A DNA stretch of 32,367 nt from an uncultured Candidatus Saccharibacteria bacterium (lineage in GTDB: Bacteria; Patescibacteriota; Minisyncoccia; UBA6257; WO2-44-18): positions 1 to 32,367 of the forward strand of contig CAYIBZ010000004.1 of NCBI GenBank assembly GCA_964361795.1, written 5' to 3'. This document shows, one piece after another, positions 9,744 through 16,803 of this stretch; the stretch's first letter is position 1, and each line of letters begins with the position of its first letter. Made by a program: the position numbers and the translations under genes. The notes below the pieces were generated by a model, which did not search any database, was not told the origin of the DNA, and worked only from the letters and a program-made list of their open reading frames with translations.

Positions 9744-10204
9744 TAAAGAAGCCTCTTTAAAAGTTCGCACGGCGTGGCAACAACTTCGTGAATTAATTTT
9801 CGCGCCGATGGCTCTAAATAAAGGCCGTCGGGATACTGGCCCATCAGAGTTTTATCTTCAAGCGCGTAAATAATCTTCCCCCAAGCGGCGGCGGCAAATA
9901 ACTCGCCAATCGTGTTTGCTCCGAGATAGCCATCTTTATTAAAGATAAAAGTAACGTCGGTTACTCTAACTTTTCTGAAGAGATGGTCATAAACCCGTCC
10001 GGCAACTTCGGATCGATAGACTTCGTTATTCATCCGGTCTTTCTCCGAAAGAAGATGAAAATTATCGGGGCGATTTCTAAATTCCGGATCAAAGACGACC
10101 AATTTAAATCCTTTCCGAGACGCTAATATATCAATGGAATGGATAAAGAAATCTAACTGGGTTTTAAAACGCTGGCTTGAACAAAATGTCACCGATTTAG
10201 CCAT
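9743..10204 (-). CDS. Nucleoside 2-deoxyribosyltransferase-like (NDT/DNPH1/MilB fold) protein
   Basis: Pattern VTFCSSQRF ... HLFRKVRVTDVTFIFNKDGYLGANTIGELFAAAAWGKIIYALE matches the NDT-like signature (H..KI...D.....N..GY.G..T..E...A...GK.I). Confidence 0.75.
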   Translation of the reverse strand: MAKSVTFCSSQRFKTQLDFFIHSIDILASRKGFKLVVFDPEFRNRPDNFHLLSEKDRMNNEVYRSEVAGRVYDHLFRKVRVTDVTFIFNKDGYLGANTIGELFAAAAWGKIIYALEDKTLMGQYPDGLYLEPSARKLIHEVVATPCELLKRLL

Positions 10205-10694
10205 CAAGCCATCCTTTCAGCCAGTTTTCCCAGACTAAATCAAAGTCCAGCGGATTGCCCTTTGGATGTTGAAAGGTGAATATCCTTTTGCGGTCAGTTT
10301 CGGAAACTAGGGCCATGTAACTTTCTTCTTCGTTTGGTTTGAGCATAATGACAGTCACGTCCAAGACTGCCGATCCAAAAATTTCACCGCCGGTATTCTT
10401 GCCGATATAACCGTTTTCTTTTCTCTGGCCGTTCAAGGATCGCGGATTAAAAACCAAACAGATTCCACCCATCTTGCCAACTTGAGCGATTCTTTTGAGG
10501 TGGGACAAAACTAATCCTTCAGCTTTGGTGCCGGACGCTTTTGGACGCCGATGCGGCAATCTTTTAGCAATCCGCCTGCGAATATATTTGAAGTTAGGCG
10601 GCAAAACCAGAACTCGCCTCTTTTCCAAAAAGTGGACGAATTCGTCCAGCTCCGATTTAAATCTCTGACTGCAACAGATGACCAGCGGCCTCAT
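10197..10694 (-). CDS. Second, divergent NDT-like protein
   Basis: LVICCSQRF ... HLKRI ... LVFNP...NGYIGKNTGGEI, collinear with the neighbouring NDT-like gene. SD AAGGAGGT. Confidence 0.65.
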   Translation of the reverse strand: MRPLVICCSQRFKSELDEFVHFLEKRRVLVLPPNFKYIRRRIAKRLPHRRPKASGTKAEGLVLSHLKRIAQVGKMGGICLVFNPRSLNGQRKENGYIGKNTGGEIFGSAVLDVTVIMLKPNEEESYMALVSETDRKRIFTFQHPKGNPLDFDLVWENWLKGWLDG

Positions 10695-11245
10695 GCTTTC
10701 ACCTCCTTCATGGTGATTTCCAGTTTTGGCAGATTTCGAAAAATGCCTCCCGGGCCCTGTAAACGCGCCAGAGCTTTTTGGAAAACTTTCAAAACTTCAA
10801 CAACGTCGGATGCCCACTGATCAAGCCGAACAGCTTTATCGCGGCAAAGTTCTTCCACATAATTTTTCCCTTTAGCGTTCTCATAAGAACCAACGTAAAC
10901 TATTCTTTTTACGCCATTTTGAAGCAATGCCTTAACACAATCAAGACACGGCGTTGCCACAACATAGGCAGTCGCGCCTTCAAGATCGGCAACTGAATTA
11001 TGAATGGCATTAGCTTCTCCGTGCAGGGTCCGTAAGCAGTGGCCATCAATGAGGAGATGGCCGACACCGTCGTCATCGCAACTCGGAAGGCCGGAAACTG
11101 ATCCATTGTAGCCAGTGCCAACAATTCGCCTGTTCTTCACCAAAACACAGGCGGTTCGCAAACGATCGCAAGAACCGCGAGCAGAAATTAAAACTGCCGA
11201 CGTTATAAATAATTCGTCCCAAGAAAGCTTATTCTCGTTGCTCAT
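10691..11245 (-). CDS. dCMP deaminase family (ComEB/DCTD-like) zinc-dependent deaminase
   Basis: SWDELF, SC.R...C.LV, TGYNG, LHGEANAI (HxE), PCLDC (PCxxC). SD AGGAG. Confidence 0.9.
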   Translation of the reverse strand: MSNENKLSWDELFITSAVLISARGSCDRLRTACVLVKNRRIVGTGYNGSVSGLPSCDDDGVGHLLIDGHCLRTLHGEANAIHNSVADLEGATAYVVATPCLDCVKALLQNGVKRIVYVGSYENAKGKNYVEELCRDKAVRLDQWASDVVEVLKVFQKALARLQGPGGIFRNLPKLEITMKEVKA

Positions 11246-11282
11246 CGCGCTCGCTCCTAAGAACTATCAACGAACTGCCTAT

Positions 11283-11321
11283 AGCATACAAAATAAAAAA
11301 TACCCTTGCAAGGGTATTTTT
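11283..11321 (-). promoter_or_regulatory. Promoter of the deaminase operon with its -35 at the centre of a 26-bp palindrome (also a likely terminator of the upstream Cys-rich ORF)
   Basis: TTGCAA-17-TATGCT. Perfect palindrome AAAAATACCCTTGCAAGGGTATTTTT at 11296-11321. Confidence 0.6.
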
Positions 11322-11511
11322 ACGCGGGGCCGCCTACTTCATTGATTCGTTTGTCACAACAGACGCAACGCTTGCGCCGCACGGCGCAGGTAACACAGGA
11401 TCGCCAACTGCCATTCATCGCTTCTTTCTTGCATCGCGGACAATCCAGAATCACTCGGGTAAACCTCTTCTTTCGGCATTCAATACAAAGATGCGTCCGA
11501 GATGAAGCCAT
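11320..11511 (-). CDS. 63-aa cysteine-rich protein with four CxxC pairs (CRIPT-like spacing)
   Basis: CIEC, CPRC, CVTC, CVCC. It has an AAAGGAGG SD, its own promoter TTGACG-17-TAAAAT (11581..11553) and a hairpin right after the stop. Confidence 0.8.
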   Translation of the reverse strand: MASSRTHLCIECRKKRFTRVILDCPRCKKEAMNGSWRSCVTCAVRRKRCVCCDKRINEVGGPA

Positions 11512-11596
11512 GCGGCTGCCTCCTTTAACGCTGCCAAAAAGTTCCGAGTCGTATTTTAATAGACTTTCCCCGCGCCGTCAACTGCTTTTACGAAAA

Positions 11597-11650
11597 AGAA
11601 AAAACCCGCCAAAACTGTAATCGCGCTTGATGCGACGAAGTCTTGGCGGC
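11597..11650 (-). terminator. Probable terminator after the small membrane protein gene
   Basis: Minus strand: CCGCCAAGACT...AGTTTTGGCGG stem followed by a T-run. Confidence 0.55.
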
Positions 11651-11665
11651 AACTATTTGATATAG

Positions 11666-11818
11666 TTACAAACTATACCGTAAAAGAAGGGCGAGAACAA
11701 TTGGAAAAAGAATAAAGATGCCCACAAACCACACGAAAATTGTCCAATAAGACGGATTTTGAAATTTTTCCCAACGCTCCCACTTTAATAGATAGCGCTG
11801 CATGTCAAAACTAGCCAC
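11666..11818 (-). CDS. 50-aa single-pass membrane microprotein; not in the supplied ORF track
   Basis: GTG start after AAAGGAG. Reads MASFDMQRYLLKWERWEKFQNPSYWTIFVWFVGIFILFPIVLALLLRYSL*. Promoter TTGCAT-17-TAATAT (11874..11846). Confidence 0.7.
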   Translation of the reverse strand: MASFDMQRYLLKWERWEKFQNPSYWTIFVWFVGIFILFPIVLALLLRYSL

Positions 11819-11906
11819 AACATCTCCTTTCAATTTCCTGCCTGTATATTAACATATCTCTAAAAATAATGCAAGTTTTATTTCCTCGACCTTCTCGCCC
11901 AGTCCG

Positions 11907-12158
11907 TTAATTGTAAATCTCTCGGCGGTGGCCAACCGCTAGAACAATAATAGAATTATTCACAACGTCAAAAATCACTCGGTAATCCCCGATACGGTAG
12001 CGATAGCTTCCAACATTTTTATCTTTTAATGCACTAGCAAAGCTCAATGGCTTGTTCGTACTAGTGAAATAATCGAGTTTTTTAATAATTCGTTTTTGAA
12101 TCGGCTTAGGCAACTTTCTTAAATCCCTTAGTGCGAAGGGTTTAAAATAGTAATCCAT
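11907..12158 (-). CDS. relE: RelE/ParE family toxin (RelE/StbE-type)
   Basis: A.RDLRKL.K.IQKRI ... YRYRIGDYRVIF ... VLAVGHRREIY. Confidence 0.92.
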   Translation of the reverse strand: MDYYFKPFALRDLRKLPKPIQKRIIKKLDYFTSTNKPLSFASALKDKNVGSYRYRIGDYRVIFDVVNNSIIVLAVGHRREIYN

Positions 12159-12169
12159 AAATCGAAGTT

Positions 12170-12385
12170 CTAAATACGAAGAAGCTCTTTCACTTGCGAG
12201 GAAGAATAAAATTTCTTCTCCATTCGCGCTTTGGCAATTTTTTTCTTAAAACTTTTGGATTCATTGGCTTGCACATCCTCTAATCGATCTTCTATCTCTT
12301 TCCAAATAGAAAGCGGTAAAACCACTACTGGCTTTTTGCCGATTTTTTGCACCTTACTTTGCTCTAATAATTTAGCAGTAGTCAT
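12170..12385 (-). CDS. Cognate antitoxin (Phd/RelB-like)
   Basis: 71-aa ORF immediately upstream of relE with a KPVVVLPL..W.EIE..LED pattern. Confidence 0.75.
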   Translation of the reverse strand: MTTAKLLEQSKVQKIGKKPVVVLPLSIWKEIEDRLEDVQANESKSFKKKIAKARMEKKFYSSSQVKELLRI

Positions 12386-12408
12386 ATAGTTTAATTATAA
12401 CAAACTAT
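12386..12408 (-). promoter_or_regulatory. TA promoter -10 (TATAAT) inside an inverted repeat, a candidate autorepression operator
   Basis: ATAGTTT-9 nt-AAACTAT flanks TATAAT (12399..12394), 8 nt upstream of the antitoxin ATG. Confidence 0.5.
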
Positions 12409-12833
12409 CACTCAATAACCTCAATTCCCATATTTCTGGCGGTGCCGGCGATGGTTTTCATGGCCGATTCAATATCATTCGCGTTTAGATCGGGCATTTT
12501 CTTTTCCGCAATCTTGCGGAGATCTTCTTTGGTAACTTTTCCCACTTTCTTGGTGCGCGGTTCTCCGGAACCTTTTTCAATGCCAGCCGCTTTTTTCAAT
12601 AATGCCGACGCGGGAGGAGTTTTTAATTTAAAAGTAAAACTGCGGTCTTCATAAACAGTAATCTCGGCGGGAACAACATCGCCTGTCATTGTTTTCGTGG
12701 CGTCATTAAACTGTTTGCAGAATTCTTGAATGTTAACGCCGTGCTGGCCTAAAGCCGGCCCGATCGGAGGGGCGGGATTTGCTTTACCGGCTTCAATTTG
12801 AAGTTTTAATAACGCTTTAACTGGTTTTGCCAT
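12408..12833 (-). CDS. rplK: 50S ribosomal protein uL11
   Basis: [32 protein letters not shown]...FCKQFN...[10 protein letters not shown]. The true start is ATG 12833, not 12980. Confidence 0.98.
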   Translation of the reverse strand: MAKPVKALLKLQIEAGKANPAPPIGPALGQHGVNIQEFCKQFNDATKTMTGDVVPAEITVYEDRSFTFKLKTPPASALLKKAAGIEKGSGEPRTKKVGKVTKEDLRKIAEKKMPDLNANDIESAMKTIAGTARNMGIEVIE

Positions 12834-12914
12834 TTTTTCCCAAGAGCGAAGCGATTGGCTGAAAAAATGAGCATCCCGCCCAAATTTTGCCGTAGCTTCT
12901 ATGATTAAGTAATA

Positions 12915-12942
12915 ATTATACTTTAAAACCAGGAATTGTAAA
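12915..12942 (-). promoter_or_regulatory. Putative rplK promoter
   Basis: TTTACA-16-TATAAT. Confidence 0.55.
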
Positions 12943-12944
12943 GT

Positions 12945-13026
12945 GCGGCCCGCGCGGGCCGAATAGGCGCATCCCGTCATTGGCGAAGCGGGCCGCTATG
13001 GCATAGCCCGCAAAATTTTGGCGGGG
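12945..13026. repeat. Cluster of GC-rich palindromes between nusG and rplK
   Basis: CGGCCCGCGCGGGCCG (12946-12961, perfect), GCTATG-G-CATAGC (12995-13007) and CCCGCAAAATTTTGGCGGG (13007-13025). Confidence 0.65.
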
Positions 13027-13034
13027 AGCCATGC

Positions 13035-13586
13035 TTATAACTTTTTAATCTGTAAAGAGTCTAATTCCACGACGGTGTCTCGGCCAAAAATTGGCACTAA
13101 AACTTTTATCTTTCCCTTATCTTCGTCTATCTCTGCCACTTTAGCGTCATAATCCTTAAACGGACCGTCGGTTATTTTTACCGTTTCTCCCACCTTCAAG
13201 TCAACGGTGAATTTAGTTTCTTCGTTGCCCATTCTAGACATCAGTTCGTCAATTTCGGTTTTGGAAAGAGGGGCGGGAGTTGTGGAATCCGCGCCGACAA
13301 ATCCGGTAACCCGAGGCGTGTTGCGCACAACATACCAGGAATCTTCAGTTAAGACCATATCCACCAAAACATAGCCGGGATAAATTTTTTCTTCAACAGT
13401 TCTCCTCTTTCCATTTTTGATTTTAATTTTCTTTTCTTTGGGAACAATAACATTAAAAATCTTGTCGGTCATAGACAAAGATTCAACCCGCTGTTTTAGA
13501 TACCGGGCAACAGCGTCTTCGTAGCCGGAATAAGTATGCACCGCATACCAATGGCGACTTTGATCTTTCTTAATTTCTTCTGCCAT
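13035..13586 (-). CDS. nusG: Transcription termination/antitermination factor NusG
   Basis: WYAVHTYSGYE, PGYVLVDM, VRNTPRVTGFVG and KOW motif GETVKITDGPF. Confidence 0.98.
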   Translation of the reverse strand: MAEEIKKDQSRHWYAVHTYSGYEDAVARYLKQRVESLSMTDKIFNVIVPKEKKIKIKNGKRRTVEEKIYPGYVLVDMVLTEDSWYVVRNTPRVTGFVGADSTTPAPLSKTEIDELMSRMGNEETKFTVDLKVGETVKITDGPFKDYDAKVAEIDEDKGKIKVLVPIFGRDTVVELDSLQIKKL

Positions 13587-13592
13587 TATTTT

Positions 13593-13775
13593 TTAAATTA
13601 TCTTGCTTAAAGCGAAAGTGAAAATCGCGTCCAAAACTCCCAAAAAAACGGCAACGGCTAATGAAATAATAATTACCGAAGCGGTCATTCTAATGGTATC
13701 GCGGTAACTTGGCCAATTGACCCGATGAAATTCCTGACGAGATTCCTCCAAAAAATTTTTGACTTTAGAGATCAT
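13593..13775 (-). CDS. secE: Preprotein translocase subunit SecE
   Basis: FL.E...E..RV.WP followed by a single TM helix; located upstream of nusG. Confidence 0.95.
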   Translation of the reverse strand: MISKVKNFLEESRQEFHRVNWPSYRDTIRMTASVIIISLAVAVFLGVLDAIFTFALSKII

Positions 13776-13835
13776 ATGCGATTCTAATAAACCGGATTTG
13801 TATAATTAGTATTCATTAGTATATTAGAATCGGTT

Positions 13836-15773
13836 CTAGATGTCAAGATTTTTTACGTATTGCGCCCTGCTTTGAATAAATTGTTTTCGCGGCTCTACTT
13901 CTTCGCCTAATAAAATGTCAAACAAACGGTCGGCTTCCTGGGCATCTTCAACCACGACTTGTTTCAAGACTCTATTGGCGGGATTCATGGTGGTTTCCCA
14001 GAGCTGTTCGGGATTCATTTCGCCAAGGCCCTTGTATCTTTGGATGCTGGCGCCGGGAGATTGTTTTATCAATTTTTCTTTTTCGGCGTCGCTGTAAACA
14101 TACTGAACATCTTTTTTGTTGGCAATTCGGTAAAGCGGCGGCTGGGCAATATATAAATGGCCGTTCTCCACGAGAGCCGGAAAATAACGATAGAACAAGG
14201 TCAGCAGTAGAGTGCGAATATGGGAACCGTCAACATCGGCATCGGTCATCAAAACTATTTTGTAGTATCGCAATTTGGAGATATCAAAAGATTCAGCGAT
14301 AGCGGTTCCAAGAGCAACCACTAAAGCTCTGATTTCTTTATTAAGAAGCATTTTATCAACTCGAGCTTTTTCAACATTGAGAATTTTCCCTCTCAACGGC
14401 AAAATAGCTTGAATGCGCCGATCGCGTCCGGACTTGGCGGAACCTCCGGCAGAGTCCCCTTCCACGATAAATAATTCTGATTCTTCGGGATTTCGCGAAC
14501 TGCAGTCCGCTAATTTTCCCGGCAAAGTCAGCCCTTCCAACACGCCCTTGCGCAAAACCGTTTCCCTGGCCGCTTTGGCCGCTTTTCTTGCCTTAGCCGC
14601 CAACAAAACTTTTTCAATAATCCGCCGGGCATCGGCGCCGTTGCGCTCCAAAAAATTCTTCAGCGCCTCGTTCACCACGCTTTCAACGGCAGTCCTCGCT
14701 TCCGGACTTCCTAATCTTGCCTTAGTTTGGCCTTCAAATTGCGGCTCTTGCATCTTCACCGATACAACGGTCACCAAGCCCTCTCTCATATCGTCACCAG
14801 TCAAATTCTCGTCCGACTGCTTCAAATAGCCCTCACTGCGGGCATAATCATTAATGGTTCTGGTCAAAGCGGAACGAAAACCGGTGAGGTGCATGCCTCC
14901 ATCGGGCGTATAGATATTGTTGGCAAAACTTAATTCTTCCACTTCTGTTTCGTTTACGTAAGTAAAAGCGGCTTCAACATCAACTTTGTCAACAGTCTGA
15001 TTGATATAGAAAGGATTTTCCTGAAGCGGCTTTTCGGTTTTCGCCAGATATTTAATAAAAGACAATAGGCCGCCGTCAAAATAAAATCCGTGATAAACCG
15101 GGGTGTCATTGCGCGAGTCAATGAACTCCACCTTTACGCCTTTAGTCAAGAAAGATTGCTGGCGCAAATGGTCAAGAATTTTTTTGGGATCAAATTCTAT
15201 TTTTTGGAAAATTTCCGGATCGGGCTCAAAGGTAACTTTCGTGCCAGTAGTTTCGCATTTGCCAACTTTTTTAACTTTGTATTGCGGCACGCCGCGCTTG
15301 TACTCTTGCGCATAAACTCCTCCGTCGCGGCAAACTTCCGCTTTCAGCAATACGGATAAGGCGTTGACTACCGAAACGCCGACACCGTGTAAACCGCCGG
15401 AAACTTTATAAGATTCGCCGCCGAATTTTCCTCCAGCGTGAAGTTTGGTCATAACCGTTTCCAAAGCGGAAACCTTGGTTTGCGCGTGGATTTCCACCGG
15501 GATGCCACGGCCGTCGTCAGTCACTGCAACTTGATTCTTTGGTAAAAGTTCAACGCGAATGTTTTTCGCATAACCCGCCATCGCTTCATCAATGCTGTTG
15601 TCCACTACTTCCCAAATCAAATGATGCAAGCCGGCCAAATCGGTTGTGCCGATATACATGCCCGGTCTCTTGCGAACCGGCTCCAAGCCCTCTAAAACAT
15701 AAATATCTTTGGCGGTATAAGACGTTGGCTTATTAGGGTCTTTCGCGGGTTTTTCCTCTGGTTTTTTTGGCAT
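13836..15773 (-). CDS. gyrB: DNA gyrase subunit B (short form)
   Basis: LEGLEPVRKRPGMYIG, EVVDNSIDE, LHAGGKF, VEGDSAGG, PLRGKILN, MTDADVDG, RYKGLGEM. Likely start MPKK at 15773. Confidence 0.95.
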   Translation of the reverse strand: MPKKPEEKPAKDPNKPTSYTAKDIYVLEGLEPVRKRPGMYIGTTDLAGLHHLIWEVVDNSIDEAMAGYAKNIRVELLPKNQVAVTDDGRGIPVEIHAQTKVSALETVMTKLHAGGKFGGESYKVSGGLHGVGVSVVNALSVLLKAEVCRDGGVYAQEYKRGVPQYKVKKVGKCETTGTKVTFEPDPEIFQKIEFDPKKILDHLRQQSFLTKGVKVEFIDSRNDTPVYHGFYFDGGLLSFIKYLAKTEKPLQENPFYINQTVDKVDVEAAFTYVNETEVEELSFANNIYTPDGGMHLTGFRSALTRTINDYARSEGYLKQSDENLTGDDMREGLVTVVSVKMQEPQFEGQTKARLGSPEARTAVESVVNEALKNFLERNGADARRIIEKVLLAAKARKAAKAARETVLRKGVLEGLTLPGKLADCSSRNPEESELFIVEGDSAGGSAKSGRDRRIQAILPLRGKILNVEKARVDKMLLNKEIRALVVALGTAIAESFDISKLRYYKIVLMTDADVDGSHIRTLLLTLFYRYFPALVENGHLYIAQPPLYRIANKKDVQYVYSDAEKEKLIKQSPGASIQRYKGLGEMNPEQLWETTMNPANRVLKQVVVEDAQEADRLFDILLGEEVEPRKQFIQSRAQYVKNLDI

Positions 15774-15830
15774 AGAATATTGTAATTGTAGCATGAATCC
15801 AACATATAAATCTAGGTCATGTTGCTATAT

Positions 15831-15859
15831 AAAAAGACCCCGTTTTACAGCGAGGTCTT
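15831..15859 (-). terminator. Intrinsic terminator after the 15874..16308 gene
   Basis: Minus strand: AAGACCTCG-loop-CGGGGTCTT followed by TTT. Confidence 0.65.
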
Positions 15860-15873
15860 GAGAAATATTAAGT

Positions 15874-16308
15874 TTAGATTGAGTCGTCTCGCGGAACGAC
15901 CCTTTTTGGCTTCTTAAGCTCCTGACGATATTGCTGACCGTCAATGAGACATTTATTCACCCAATCATACCACCTAGCCCAATCATAATCGTCCGGAACC
16001 AGAACAACGGCGGATTGGAAACGATAACCAAACGGGGAAATTTTATTCTTGCCCAAAACGGTAGTGTAGTCCCTCTTATCAGTCCTGACTAGGACGGTAA
16101 TGCTATCAACGGAAACGTACATAGAGTGCTCATTTTCGCCGTCCGAAATATTAAAACTAACTTCTCCGAACGACTCTAGGAATTCGGCTTTCCTAATCAT
16201 AAACTCCTGATCCGGCTTTAGAAAACCCGGCGCGTAAAGGTAGAAAACTTCAAACACAAGCGCTGCGGCTAATACCCAAAGGGTAACGGGAAACCAATGC
16301 TTTCGCAT
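15874..16308 (-). CDS. Hypothetical protein with N-terminal membrane anchor
   Basis: AAGGAGG SD, promoter TTGACT-16-TATACT (16362..16335), hydrophobic residues 5-26 and its own terminator. Confidence 0.75.
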   Translation of the reverse strand: MRKHWFPVTLWVLAAALVFEVFYLYAPGFLKPDQEFMIRKAEFLESFGEVSFNISDGENEHSMYVSVDSITVLVRTDKRDYTTVLGKNKISPFGYRFQSAVVLVPDDYDWARWYDWVNKCLIDGQQYRQELKKPKRVVPRDDSI

Positions 16309-16389
16309 TGCCCCTCCTTAAAAAAACTAATCGCAGTATAAATCTTTGCCTGTAAAAGTCAATCTAACATTCCACGCTCCTTCCCTTTC

Positions 16390-16782
16390 CTTGCCAATCT
16401 ACATTGAGGTCTCAATCCATATTCCTTTTCGGAAACAGAATAATCCGCTTCCTGCGAGCGGATTTTCTTCACCCTCGCCCCGACGCTCTGAATTGAATGA
16501 AGCTAATTATAATTCAGAGACCATGCCGTCGGGGCTCCGGGATGTTCCGAAAAGCAACATGGATTTCGACCTGAAGAAACCCCAATCTTTTTCTTCTCCG
16601 AAACCTAAGCGCCTGCCTGCCGGCAGGCAGGAGCGGATTGGCTTGGAGGTTTTTGTATAATTAACCTCACAAAAACCCAATCCCGGCGAGCGGCAAGTGA
16701 AGCCCCGCGCCGGACGGGGCGAAACGGGTTGAGGGAAGAGAAAATTGGGGTTTCTGGTTGTGAATCCAAGATATTTGGCGGA
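16390..16782. other. Large multi-hairpin intergenic element (structured RNA or MITE/REP-like composite)
   Basis: Nested inverted repeats: CTTTTCGGAA/TTCCGAAAAG, GCCCCGACG/CGTCGGGGC, CTCTGAATT/AATTCAGAG, AGAAACCCCAAT/ATTGGGGTTTCT, plus the perfect palindrome CCTGCCTGCCGGCAGGCAGG. Confidence 0.65.
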
Positions 16783-16803
16783 AAAAAAGAACTATGCTAA
16801 ATT

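Noticed and set aside
9312-12385. Prophage or integrative island
   Set aside because: No integrase, transposase, structural genes or flanking att-like direct repeats were found.
12834-12980. 49-aa N-terminal extension of uL11 in the ORF track
   Set aside because: The canonical L11 start is at 12833, and the extension runs through the promoter and palindromes.
16531-16572. GGGATGTT...GGATTTCGAC resembles a tmRNA 5' end
   Set aside because: The spacing is wrong, and no matching T-arm/acceptor 3' end (GGTTCGA.TCCC...CCA) or tag reading frame was found downstream.
16346-16660. 104-aa ORF over the structured element
   Set aside because: TTG start without SD, Pro/Ser-rich composition, and the sequence is explained by palindromes (LPAGRQ comes from CCTGCCTGCCGGCAGGCAGG).
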